DNA of 64,000 bases from NCBI GenBank assembly GCA_963663035.1, contig OY760074.1:1760001-1824000 (forward strand), given 5' to 3'. This document shows, one piece after another, positions 1 through 9,239 of this stretch. Under the pieces are notes generated by a model. The model searched no databases. It was not told the origin of the DNA and saw only the letters and a program-made list of their open reading frames with translations. The DNA is from Acidobacteriota bacterium. Lineage in GTDB: Bacteria > Acidobacteriota > UBA6911 > RPQK01 > JADFOI01. Position numbers and translations under genes: made by a program. Position 1 is the stretch's first letter; every line of letters begins with the position of its first letter.

Positions 1-95
1 TCTAACCACTCCATAATCAGCCCAGAAAAGGAGATTGTCACTACTAAAGTGAAAAAGGCAAATCCGATGTGTCTTAAGTCAAGCGTGTACTTCAC
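1..95 (-). CDS. possible N-terminus of a membrane protein running off the window
   Basis: Minus-strand GTG at 95 opens VKYTLDLRHIGFAFFTLVVTISFSGLIMEWL, hydrophobic and open to the edge; no family recognised. Confidence 0.2.
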   Translation of the reverse strand, partial: MKYTLDLRHIGFAFFTLVVTISFSGLIMEWL

Positions 96-375
96 AGACC
101 AGGTGGGGATCTTTTGTTTACTTATATCTTTTGCTTCGCATCGACAAGTAGGAGCCCGCCGTCGACCGATTTGCCGAAGCCTACATGACAGGTGGGACTA
201 CGCAAAAGAACTATCTTGCCGCTGGCCTCAGTTTGCGCTTCGCGCCTGTCACTTACAGCTTCCAACTCCAGGTGGGACCCAACAGGCTTATGAGACCTAG
301 CCTTGAAGCACAGGGAAGGAGGATGCCCTTCAACATAGCAACGGGGCATCAGCGGTGAACAACGCACAGCCGACC

Positions 376-474
376 TCCAAGCCCATCAATGTTAAGTAAG
401 CAGAGGCTTTTAATCCCTACAGTTCTTGGGAATTAGGCGGCGACATTCGGGAATTTTGCGACAGAATTTTGGAG
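376..474. repeat. ~100-bp duplicated intergenic (putative regulatory) element, copy 1
   Basis: tccaagcc..gttaagt..ccctacagttcttgggaattaggc..gggaattttgcgacagaattttggag aligns with 1188-1287. Confidence 0.8.
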
Positions 475-583
475 ACAGTAGACAACTGGTATTAGACCAG
501 GAGAGAGGAGACAATAATGTGGAAAGGAGCTTTAAAGACGACGTCGAACAAAGTCCCAGTCTGGCGGCCTCATCGACAGTTGA

Positions 584-1117
584 TCAACGACGGCCAACAC
601 CAAATAAGAGAAAAATCCCGCCTCTCTCAACTCCTGTCAATTGTATTGATTTCTTCCATCAAAAATAACCGGGTACTTCAGCAACAACATCAAACTCATG
701 GGGTGTTAAAGACGAGATCTCTTGGGATATCTTATCGGCTGTCCCCACCGGAACAGTACTTTTGGTGACGACGATCTTATAGCCGTCCATCGCCTTTGCG
801 ATGGATCGCACCGCCTCCATGAGGTAGCTCAAGTCTGGGGAACCACCTTCACCTTCAGGAGTTCCAACGGCGATGGAAACCACCAGGGAGTTTCTCACCG
901 CCCAGGGGAGGCCGGTGGTAAAATTGAGACGCTGTTCGTGCACATTTCGCTGGATCAATTCCTGCAAGCCGGGTTCATGAATCGGGATCCTGCCTCTTTT
1001 CAGTTCGGCAATCTTCTCTTTATCGACATCCATACAGATGACGTCATTGCCGGTTTCGGCGAAGCAAGTTCCCGCCACCAAGCCGACATAACCTGTTCCA
1101 ACTACACAGATCTTCAT
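584..1117 (-). pseudogene. ugd: UDP-glucose 6-dehydrogenase with large internal deletion
   Basis: N-terminus MKICVVGTGYVGL..VTKSTVPVGT..FDVV joins out of frame at ~682 to the C-terminal LKYPVIFDGRNQYN*QELREAGF..GVGRR*; the central SNPEFL/catalytic region is missing. Confidence 0.9.
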
Positions 1118-1187
1118 GACTTACGAAAAAACACGAAGAGAAGAAAGGAAGCAGAGGGCCTTAACCCTGAATCATTCGAAGCTCGCT

Positions 1188-1287
1188 TCCAAGCCATTCA
1201 AGGTTAAGTCAGGCTCAGACCTTCAGTCCCTACACTTCTTGGGAATTAGGCAGCTTAAAATGGGAATTTGGCGACAGAATTTTGGAG
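1188..1287. repeat. ~100-bp duplicated intergenic (putative regulatory) element, copy 2, upstream of ugd
   Basis: tccaagcc..gttaagt..ccctacacttcttgggaattaggc..gggaatttggcgacagaattttggag. Confidence 0.8.
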
Positions 1288-1300
1288 TGTGGTCAGGCGG

Positions 1301-1807
1301 TCAGCTGATCTTCACTATGTCGCAAGCATCGACTTCGCAGGCGACTGCCTGTCGGATCAGGTCGATCGACAAGATGAATCTGTAGGCGCCCTTTTTCTCG
1401 AGGAGAATTCCCGGCAGTCCTTTCAGTGGACCTCTAACGATTTCCACTCGATCCCCTTCCACAATGTATGGGTAGGGGTCGTAGGGTAAGGTGCTGAAGA
1501 CCAGCCGCTTTACGGCTTGGAGTTGTCCTTCAGGGACAGCAACTGGCTCACCCTCGAACCCGATGATGCGAACCACCGAGGGAACCTTCAGAATATCCAG
1601 ACGCCGCTCTTGAATGGGAACGTGGACGAAAAGATAACCCGGGAAGAGAGGGAACTGAACTTTCTTTCTCCGGTCCTTCCATCTGGAGAGGACTTCACGA
1701 AGGGGCAAGAAGCACTCGATTTCCTTCTGCCACAACTGTTCAGCCACCACTTTCTCATGCCTGGACCTGGTCGTGAGGGCATACCAACGCAGCTCAGGAT
1801 CTGCCAT
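1301..1807 (-). CDS. UpxY/RfaH-like NusG-family transcription antiterminator
   Basis: WYALTTRSRHEK..PLFPGYLFV NGN domain plus KOW motif GDRVEIVRGPLKG; polysaccharide-gene context. Confidence 0.9.
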   Translation of the reverse strand: MADPELRWYALTTRSRHEKVVAEQLWQKEIECFLPLREVLSRWKDRRKKVQFPLFPGYLFVHVPIQERRLDILKVPSVVRIIGFEGEPVAVPEGQLQAVKRLVFSTLPYDPYPYIVEGDRVEIVRGPLKGLPGILLEKKGAYRFILSIDLIRQAVACEVDACDIVKIS

Positions 1808-1917
1808 GAAAAATCCTTTAGGTTAGGGTTGCGGTAGCATCATCAATCTACCATACCGAACCGACTGAACAGCAGGGTTGGAGTTGGCCCGTGGGCTCAC
1901 GAGATGCATCGGAAGGG

Positions 1918-1944
1918 GATTCGGCACCCTGAGGTGCCTCCCAC
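1918..1944 (-). repeat. REP-like palindrome (GTGGGAGGCACC-TCA(G)-GGTGCCGAAT)
   Basis: Same unit recurs at 9729-9798 (x2) and 21808-21873 (x2). Confidence 0.8.
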
Positions 1945-3213
1945 ACTCTAGGGGCCTCGACTAAGACTCAATGCCGTACTGCTGGATTTTGGTGAGGAGG
2001 GTTTTGTAGCTGACTTTGAGTTCCTTGGCGGCCTTCCACCTGTTCCACTGCAATCTGCGTAGAGTCTTGGTAATCATGTCCTTCTCAGCCACGGCGGCCG
2101 CTTTCTTGCTGACTTTCTTCAGGTCCATCTCACCGTCGCCCTCTTGCAGGTACCTCTCGGCAATCTCATCGATCTCTTCCGAAACCCCTCCCGTCATTTT
2201 GTTTTCCAGCTCTGCTCGTATGGAATCGGCGTCCTGCAGAACAATATAGCGTTTGATCAGATTCTCTAATTCGCGGACGTTACCGGGCCAGTTAAAGGAG
2301 CAAAAGAGCTGCTCCAGGTCTTTGGGTAACTTGCTTTCGGTGCCGCCGTACTGGGGACCGAGCTTTTCCAGAAAATGCTTACAGAGGAGAGGAATCTCCT
2401 CTCGGCGCTCTCGTAGAGGAGGAATGTCAATGTTGACCACGGCTATCCGGTAGTAAAGATCTTCCCTGAATGTCCCGTCCTTCAGGGCTTTCTCCAGTGT
2501 CCGGTTGGTGGCGGCGATGATCCTGACATCGACCTCTGTCTCCTGGTTGCTCCCCAAGCGTGTGAACCTTCCCTCCTGAAGAACCTGCAGTAACTTGGCC
2601 TGGATGGAAGATGTAAATTCTCCAATCTCATCCAGGAAAATCGTCCCTCCGTTGGCAAACTCAAATTTCCCCACCCGGTCGATATGAGCACCGGTGAAAG
2701 CTCCCTTTCGGTAACCAAAAAGCTCGCTCTCCACCAACTCGGCGGGCATGGCTGCACAGTTCACCTTGACAAACGGCTGATCGCTTAAGCTGGACTTCTG
2801 ATGAATCATCCGAGCCACTAGATCTTTGCCGACACCGGTCTCTCCCTCAATCAGGACCGGAACCTTCGTTTCAGAAATCTGGAGAACCGTATTATAAACC
2901 CGCTCCATTTCTGTACCGGCGATGACAAGCTCAACCTCTTTTGGCTGAGTTTTGGTGTGGGCCCTTTCTAAAGGCCTCTTAGAATTGAGAGTCGTGGAGA
3001 TCGTCTGACACAACTGCTTAAACTCGATGGGCTTGCAGACGTAGTCCCTGGCTCCAGCCTGAATGGCCTGGACAATGCCTTGGGGGTCTCTGGAGGTCGA
3101 GAGTACAATGACAGGAGTCTGCTCAACATCTGCACAAATCTCCTGCAGACTGCGGCTGCCATTGTTTCCCTTCAACAATGGTTCAATGAATATGACTTCC
3201 GGCTGAACGTCGG

Positions 3214-4593
3214 GAGCTACCCTCAAAAGGTGTGTAAATAGCACAGGCGGTGATTATCCTTCCGGGTGAAAATAAAAACCCGGGCGGAAGAGCCCGAAAG
3301 GAAGGAGTCACACCGCCATGAGCAAGAAGAACATTGATCACAGTGTGGAGTCAAGAGTCTGCTTTGAACAGCTGGAAGAGTGGGTGCGAGAGCAGATCCA
3401 GTTTTACGTACAGGAACTGCTGGAGGATGAAGTGACACAGCTGCTGGGACGAAGAAAGAATGAGCGTCGCCGAGAAGTGGACGCCTCCGGTGGCTATCGC
3501 AACGGCTACGGCAAGGAGCGGCGACTGACGATGAGTTGCGGAACGATCAAGCTGCGGCGTCCCCGAGTGCGGGATCTGGAAGAGCGTTTTGAGAGCCGGG
3601 TCTTGCCGCTGTTTGCCAAGCGAACGCGAGAGGTACGAGACTTGATTCCAGAACTCTATTTACATGGTCTGGCCGAGGGGGATTTCGATCTGGCCTTGAG
3701 AGGGCTTTTAGGGGAAGAAGCGCCGCTGTCCCCCAGCACCGTAGCCCGGTTGAAACAGAAGTGGCAGGGAGAAATGGAGGCCTGGCAGAGCCGTCGGCTG
3801 GATGATCTGGAAGTCGTGTATTTGTGGGCGGACGGCGTGTACATCAAAGCAGGGCTGGAGAAGGAGAAGGCCGTGATTCTGGTAGTGATCGCCGCTTTAA
3901 GTGATGGCACTAAAGTGGTGGTGTCCGTCAGTAGTGGTTATCGAGAATCGACCCAGAGCTGGTCCGCAGTGCTGCGGGATCTCAAAGAGCGGGGGATGAA
4001 CCCACCCCGTCTGGTGATCGCTGACGGGCATCTGGGGATCTGGGGAGCGTTGCGCAACGTGTTCCCAGAAGCCGACGAGCAGAGATGCTGGAATCATCGC
4101 ATCGTCAACTTGCTGGCCAAGATCCCCAAGAGTCGGCACAAAGCGGCCTTGTTGATGTTGCGGCAGATCCCTTATGCAGAAACACGGCAGGAAGCCGAGC
4201 GAGTCAAAGGACGATTCCAACATTGGTGTAGCAAGAGAGGCCTGGAGGCAGCGGCTGATCTGATCGACCAGGACTGGGAGCGGATGGTGACGTTTTACAA
4301 CTATCCCAAACAGCAGTGGCAACATCTGCGGACTACCAACCCAGTGGAGTCTCCCTTCTCTGCTCTGCGACTGCGAACCGATGCTGCTCGAAGGTTCAAG
4401 AAAGTGGCCAACGCACGGGCTGTCATCTGGAAGATGCTGCTGGTCGCTGAGAAGAGATTTCGCCGTTTGAAGGCTCCCCACTTGATGAAGGATGTCTACC
4501 AAGGAGCCCAATATGTCAATGGAGTTCCAGTCAACCCAGTCACCCAGGAGAAAGCCGCCTGATGTCTATTTACACACTTATTGACGGAACCTC
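3214..4593 (+). mobile_element. IS256-family insertion sequence (1380 bp)
   Basis: 28-bp imperfect terminal IRs (gagctaccctcaaaaggtgtgtaaatag / ctatttacacacttattgacggaacctc); 9-bp direct repeat gaacgtcgg at 3205-3213 and 4594-4602. Confidence 0.95.
3318..4562 (+). CDS. IS256-family (Mutator-type DDE) transposase
   Basis: YRNGY, YLWADG, IADGHLG, QRCWNH, LRTTNPVES motifs; RBS aaggag. Confidence 0.95.
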   Translation: MSKKNIDHSVESRVCFEQLEEWVREQIQFYVQELLEDEVTQLLGRRKNERRREVDASGGYRNGYGKERRLTMSCGTIKLRRPRVRDLEERFESRVLPLFAKRTREVRDLIPELYLHGLAEGDFDLALRGLLGEEAPLSPSTVARLKQKWQGEMEAWQSRRLDDLEVVYLWADGVYIKAGLEKEKAVILVVIAALSDGTKVVVSVSSGYRESTQSWSAVLRDLKERGMNPPRLVIADGHLGIWGALRNVFPEADEQRCWNHRIVNLLAKIPKSRHKAALLMLRQIPYAETRQEAERVKGRFQHWCSKRGLEAAADLIDQDWERMVTFYNYPKQQWQHLRTTNPVESPFSALRLRTDAARRFKKVANARAVIWKMLLVAEKRFRRLKAPHLMKDVYQGAQYVNGVPVNPVTQEKAA

Positions 4594-4814
4594 GAACGTC
4601 GGGGTCTTTGAGTAAGCTCTTGGCCTCATCCCAATCCGTGCTGGTGAGAACATCATAGCCAAAAGATTGAAGATTTTTACTGATGTACTGCAAAACTCCT
4701 TCTTCGTCGTCAACAATCAGGAGTTGGGGTAGTGGGTGGTTCATGTTGGTTGACTGATTGGGTAGAGGGAGTCCGAGAGAAGGGTGCCGTTAAGAGCTCT
4801 TCAACTCGAATCCT

Positions 4815-5054
4815 CTAGTTTAAACTAGGGCCGGGTTTTCGGCAGATCTTCGCTTGCGGTGACTTGTGCACCACATCTAAGGCGATCCGCAACTCTCGCT
4901 CATCTGTGAATTCTGATGCCGTTAGGCATTTCTGAGTGAGTTTTAGGAAATCGGCTTGGTATCTTTGAAGTTCATAATCTGTTAGGTCTGGCCGCTCCAG
5001 GAGGGATCCTAACCTTTGGACGACATCGATGAGTGACTCACTTTTCTGTGGCAT
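4815..5054 (-). CDS. hypothetical protein (79 aa)
   Basis: Protein-like helical composition; lies between the sigma54 promoter and the regulator, same strand. Confidence 0.4.
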   Translation of the reverse strand: MPQKSESLIDVVQRLGSLLERPDLTDYELQRYQADFLKLTQKCLTASEFTDERELRIALDVVHKSPQAKICRKPGPSLN

Positions 5055-5066
5055 GCCACTCTGATA

Positions 5067-5082
5067 AGCAAGTTGCGTTCCA
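5067..5082 (-). promoter_or_regulatory. sigma54 -24/-12 promoter
   Basis: Minus strand TGGAACG-CAAC-TTGCT versus consensus TGGCACG-N4-TTGCW. Confidence 0.7.
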
Positions 5083-5211
5083 TGAGATAAAGGATCAGGC
5101 GTGGAATCTATTTAGAGGCCCACAGTTCGTGGATTTGGGAACCGGTGGCGGATTGAGATCACGAGCCGAGAGGACTCCAATTCGTCAATTCCTTCAACTG
5201 AGAGCTTAAAG

Positions 5212-5229
5212 TGTCAACATCTGTTGACA
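5212..5229. promoter_or_regulatory. palindromic putative enhancer (activator binding site)
   Basis: Perfect IR TGTCAACA-TC-TGTTGACA about 130 bp upstream of the sigma54 -24 element. Confidence 0.5.
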
Positions 5230-5286
5230 GAAGAGGTCACATCTTTTTATGTGAGAGGGATGAGGATTAGGGCGCCCAAGGGGGCG

Positions 5287-6288
5287 TCAGTTGTCAACTT
5301 CTCTTTCTCCCTCTACGCGCGAAGTGCGCTTTCGGTGCCAGAGCCAAGCGGTGTCAATGATAGTGCGAAGGTCGGGATATTCAGGCACCCAACCCAGTTC
5401 GCTTCGGATCCGTGCTGAGCTAGCTGTTAGGCGAGCAGGATCGCCAGAACGCCGTGCAGCGGAGAGAGCAGGCAGCGGATGGCCTGTCACCTGCCGTGCC
5501 GTCTCAATGACTTGAAAGTTAGAATACCCATTACCGTTGCCCAGGTTGTAAACACGGGCCTTGTGGTTATCGAGGTGTTCCAAGGCAAGAACATGGGCCT
5601 TGGCGAGATCCACCACATGGATGTAATCCCGGATGCAGGTGCCATCTGGGGTGTCATAATCGGTACCATATACTTGGACTTCCTCCCTGCGGCCCAAAGC
5701 CACTTCCAAAACGACAGGGATCAAGTGGGTTTCCGGCTCATGGGCCTCACCGAATCTTTCCGAAGCACCCGCAGCATTAAAATAACGTAGAGAAATGTAC
5801 TGCAAACCGTAGGCCCGATGGTACCAGTCCAGAATACGCTCGAACATGAGCTTTGACTCTCCGTAGGAGTTAATCGGTCTCAGGAGTGCATCCTCGCTAA
5901 CCGGGACTTCGCTTGGCTCACCATAGACAGCGGCCGTCGAGGAAAAGATGATGCGCTGGACCCGATGAGAAAGCATTGCATCTAACAAGTTCATGCCCCC
6001 TCGAACGTTTGTGGAAAAGAAGCGGCGGGGGTTGCTCATGGATACGGAAACGAGTGCCTCAGCAGCCATATGGACTACAGCATCTAAAGAGTGCTCGCGA
6101 AAGACCTGATTCAGGGCCTCTTGGTCAGCCAGGTCAGCCTGAACGAACTCGGCCCCGGGATGAACAGCCTCTCGGTGGCCTGCCTGGAGGTTGTCAAAGG
6201 CGACGACTGAATGGCCTTGATCCATGAGTACTTCGGTCACAATGCTACCGATATACCCAGCTGCACCAGTCACCAGAATGTGCATCAA
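5287..6288 (-). CDS. galE: UDP-glucose 4-epimerase
   Basis: TGAAGYIG, SSTAAVYG, YGESK, LRYFNAAGA, DGTCIRDYIHV. Confidence 0.95.
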   Translation of the reverse strand: MMHILVTGAAGYIGSIVTEVLMDQGHSVVAFDNLQAGHREAVHPGAEFVQADLADQEALNQVFREHSLDAVVHMAAEALVSVSMSNPRRFFSTNVRGGMNLLDAMLSHRVQRIIFSSTAAVYGEPSEVPVSEDALLRPINSYGESKLMFERILDWYHRAYGLQYISLRYFNAAGASERFGEAHEPETHLIPVVLEVALGRREEVQVYGTDYDTPDGTCIRDYIHVVDLAKAHVLALEHLDNHKARVYNLGNGNGYSNFQVIETARQVTGHPLPALSAARRSGDPARLTASSARIRSELGWVPEYPDLRTIIDTAWLWHRKRTSRVEGEREVDN

Positions 6289-6502
6289 GACACCTTCTCG
6301 CCTTCCAAAGTTCTCTACTATCTTACCAGGAAGGTTCCAAGGTCCAACTCTGATCAGCTTAGCGCGCTCCGCGCGCGTTCCAGATGTTAAGGATCTTCTG
6401 ACTTCTGGATTCTGACCCCGGCTCTGGTCTGCTGGGCGACGGAGGGGTTTGTTATACTCAACTCCGCCGATGGGGCTGGTTGAGACTGGAAACGGTTACG
6501 AC

Positions 6503-6856
6503 ATGGATCGCTACTTTGGATTTATTGTGCTGGTGTCCTTTGCAGCGATTACCGCTGGTGCCATGCTTGCCATCAGCCAGTGGTTGGGGCCGCGCCGACA
6601 CAGTCGTATCCATGACATGCCATTCGAATGCGGAGTCGAGCCCAGGCAAATCATGCGCGGCCGTTTTTCCGTCAAGTTCTTCATCGTGGCACTTCTCTTC
6701 GTCCTTTTCGACATCGAACTGATTTTTCTTTTCGCCTGGGCCGTCATTTACAAGGAGCTGGGATTGTTTGGTTTCACGGAGATGCTGATTTTCCTCCTTG
6801 TCGTTCTCTCAGGGCTGTTCTATTCCGTTAAAAGCGGAGTTTTTCAATGGAAGTAG
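6503..6856 (+). CDS. nuoA: NADH-quinone oxidoreductase subunit A
   Basis: PFECG, LFVLFDIE; start placed at ATG 6503, downstream of an extended -10 TGtTATACT at 6450-6458. Confidence 0.93.
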   Translation: MDRYFGFIVLVSFAAITAGAMLAISQWLGPRRHSRIHDMPFECGVEPRQIMRGRFSVKFFIVALLFVLFDIELIFLFAWAVIYKELGLFGFTEMLIFLLVVLSGLFYSVKSGVFQWK

Positions 6857-7326
6857 ATCTCAAAGGAAGCCCACAGACGGGATTCTTCACCAGCCGGCTG
6901 GACAAGATGCTGGGATGGGCCCGAAAGTACTCGATTTTCCAGTATCCCTTCGTCACCGCCTGCTGTGGGATGGAGTACATGGCCACAGCCTCTGCTCACT
7001 ATGACATTGACCGGTTTGGCGCCGGGCTTCCCCGCTTCTCCCCCCGTCAAGCGGACGTGCTGTTCGTGGTGGGAACGATTAGCCAAAAACTGGCTCCGGT
7101 GCTGGTGCAAATCTACCAGCAGATGTGCGCTCCAAAGTGGGTAGTGGCCTTTGGTGTTTGCACCTGTACCGGGGGTTTCTACGATAACTATGCCACCGTG
7201 AGAGGAATCGATCACATCGTCCCGGTGGACATCTACATCCCGGGCTGTCCCCCCCGTCCGGAGACGGTCCTGGAGGGGTTAATGCTCTTGCAGAAAAAAA
7301 TTCAGAATCAGAAACAGGAAATCTGA
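6847..7326 (+). CDS. nuoB: NADH-quinone oxidoreductase subunit B
   Basis: TACCGME, SPRQAD, PGCPPRPE. Confidence 0.95.
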   Translation: MEVDLKGSPQTGFFTSRLDKMLGWARKYSIFQYPFVTACCGMEYMATASAHYDIDRFGAGLPRFSPRQADVLFVVGTISQKLAPVLVQIYQQMCAPKWVVAFGVCTCTGGFYDNYATVRGIDHIVPVDIYIPGCPPRPETVLEGLMLLQKKIQNQKQEI

Positions 7327-7368
7327 TGACCCATCGACCCGTCGGAACCCAAGGTTATTTCTAGATAA

Positions 7369-7851
7369 ATGGACTTAAGTATAACAATACAAAGGATAAA
7401 AAAAACACTCGATGAGGCCGTCATTGAGGTCCATTCCCAACTGAGTCAGGACACGGTCATCATTGCTCAATCAGGACTCCTGGAAGTGGCCAGGTTATTG
7501 AAGGATGATCCCCAGCTCGAGTACAACTACCTCATGGACCTCACGGCAGTCGACTACTGGAAGCGTAAGCCTCGATTTGAGGTGGTGTACCACTTCCTGT
7601 CGCTCAAGAACAACTTTCGGATTCGCGTCAAGGTTCCCGTCCCTGAGCCTGATCCCACGGTGGACAGCCTGACCTCACTCTGGTCAGCAGCCAACTGGTA
7701 TGAGCGTGAAGTGTACGACATGTTTGGCATCCAATTTGTGGGCCATCCTGACCTGCGGAGAATCTTAATGTATCCAGAGTTTGAGGGTCATCCACTACGA
7801 AAGGACTACCCCATTGAAAAGCGGCAGCCTCTGATCGGGCCCAAAGTCTAG
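7369..7851 (+). CDS. nuoC: NADH-quinone oxidoreductase subunit C
   Basis: WYEREVYDMFGI..GHPDLRRI..GHPLRKDYP. Confidence 0.95.
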   Translation: MDLSITIQRIKKTLDEAVIEVHSQLSQDTVIIAQSGLLEVARLLKDDPQLEYNYLMDLTAVDYWKRKPRFEVVYHFLSLKNNFRIRVKVPVPEPDPTVDSLTSLWSAANWYEREVYDMFGIQFVGHPDLRRILMYPEFEGHPLRKDYPIEKRQPLIGPKV

Positions 7852-7934
7852 TTTCTAACTCTGATCACACCGCGATCTGTACGGATCACAAGGATATCGT
7901 CATCACAGAGACCACAGAGCTCAAAACAAAAACC

Positions 7935-9239
7935 ATGCTGCTCAATGTCGGGCCCGCACACCCGGCAATGCATGGAGTCATACAGATCCAGGTGGAACTG
8001 GATGGGGAGATCCTACGCAAGGCGGACATTGAAATCGGCTATCTCCACCGTGCCTTTGAGAAGCACTGCGAGGCCGCCACCTATACCCAGTGCTTTCCCT
8101 TTACCGATCGACTCAACTACGTCTCTCCTCTCATCTCCAACTTTGGCTTCGCCGCGGCTGTCGAAACTCTGATGGACTTGCAGGTACCCGAACGGTGTCA
8201 CTATATTCGGGTCATCCTGAGCGAGATCTCTCGCATCACCGACCATCTCACCTGCATCGGCGCATCAGCCATGGAGCTGGGTGCCGTCTCGGTCTTCCTC
8301 TACATGATGAAGGCACGGGAGTGGCTCTACGAACTCATCGAAAGCGTTACCGGCGCCCGTCTGACCGTTTCCTATGGTCGTATTGGAGGGGTGAAGGCTG
8401 ATCTGCCAGAAGGATTCGAAGAAAGATGCCGGGCCCAGCTGAAAAAGACGCGTGAAGTACTCAAAGAGGTCGACGAGCTCCTGACCCGAAACCGGATTTT
8501 CTATGATCGCATGCGCGGAATTGGTGTCATCTCCCAAGAGGAGGCGATCTCATACGGTATTACGGGACCCTTTTTGCGCTCTACCGGCGTTGCCTACGAT
8601 GTACGAAAGGCGTTTCCCTACTCCCTCTACGAACGGTTTGAATTTGATGTCCCCATCGGAGAGCACGGCGACAACTACGACCGATACCTGGTGCGCATGG
8701 AGGAGATGCAGCAGGCCATTCAGATTATTGAACAAGCACTCGATACTCTTCCCAGCGGGCCCACCAATGTCGATCCTGAGGGCAAGGTCATTGAAGCGGA
8801 TCTGATGGCAGACCTGGGCAAATTTGGACAGACTTCTGGACTTTTAAAACACGAAGTTCTCATCCAACCGACTCTACAGGGTTCGGAAAAGCGCTATCAC
8901 GACCGGATTTCCGCCCCCACCAAAGAGGCCTGGCTGCCTTCCAAGGAGCAGGTCTATTCCAACATTGAAGCATTAATGCATCACTTCAAGATCATCATGC
9001 TGGGACACGGGCTTCAGCCCCCTCCAGGAGAGGTCTATTTCCCAGTAGAGGGAGCCAACGGAGAGCTGGGCTTTTACATTGTCAGCGACGGAACCGATCG
9101 GCCCTGGCGAGTACGATGCCACCCACCCTGTTTTCCTATAGTGGGCGCATTGGGCCAAATTCTGGTGGGTGACCAGATGGCGGACATCGTGGCGACCTTC
9201 GGCTCCGTCAATATGGTTGCAGGAGAGTTGGATCGGTGA
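7935..9239 (+). CDS. nuoD: NADH-quinone oxidoreductase subunit D
   Basis: GPAHPAMHG, GYLHR, DRLNY, GELDR; true start may lie upstream. Confidence 0.95.
   Translation: MLLNVGPAHPAMHGVIQIQVELDGEILRKADIEIGYLHRAFEKHCEAATYTQCFPFTDRLNYVSPLISNFGFAAAVETLMDLQVPERCHYIRVILSEISRITDHLTCIGASAMELGAVSVFLYMMKAREWLYELIESVTGARLTVSYGRIGGVKADLPEGFEERCRAQLKKTREVLKEVDELLTRNRIFYDRMRGIGVISQEEAISYGITGPFLRSTGVAYDVRKAFPYSLYERFEFDVPIGEHGDNYDRYLVRMEEMQQAIQIIEQALDTLPSGPTNVDPEGKVIEADLMADLGKFGQTSGLLKHEVLIQPTLQGSEKRYHDRISAPTKEAWLPSKEQVYSNIEALMHHFKIIMLGHGLQPPPGEVYFPVEGANGELGFYIVSDGTDRPWRVRCHPPCFPIVGALGQILVGDQMADIVATFGSVNMVAGELDR

Larger units (their letters stand above)
1961..4744 (-). pseudogene. sigma54-dependent response regulator (NtrC/AtoC-like) interrupted by IS256
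   Basis: Receiver start MNHPLPQLLIVDDE..KDPDV (4594-4744) continues as QPEVIFIEP.. below 3205; GETGVGK, GAFTGA, FLDEIGE, WPGNVREL and Fis-type HTH intact. Confidence 0.92.

Noticed and set aside
49-768. Short ORFs on both strands at the window start
   Set aside because: No recognisable motifs; they overlap the ugd remnant and the duplicated leader
1828-1842. gcggtagc resembling the RfaH ops element
   Set aside because: It is on the plus strand, opposite to transcription of upxY/ugd, and lacks the full GGCGGTAG consensus
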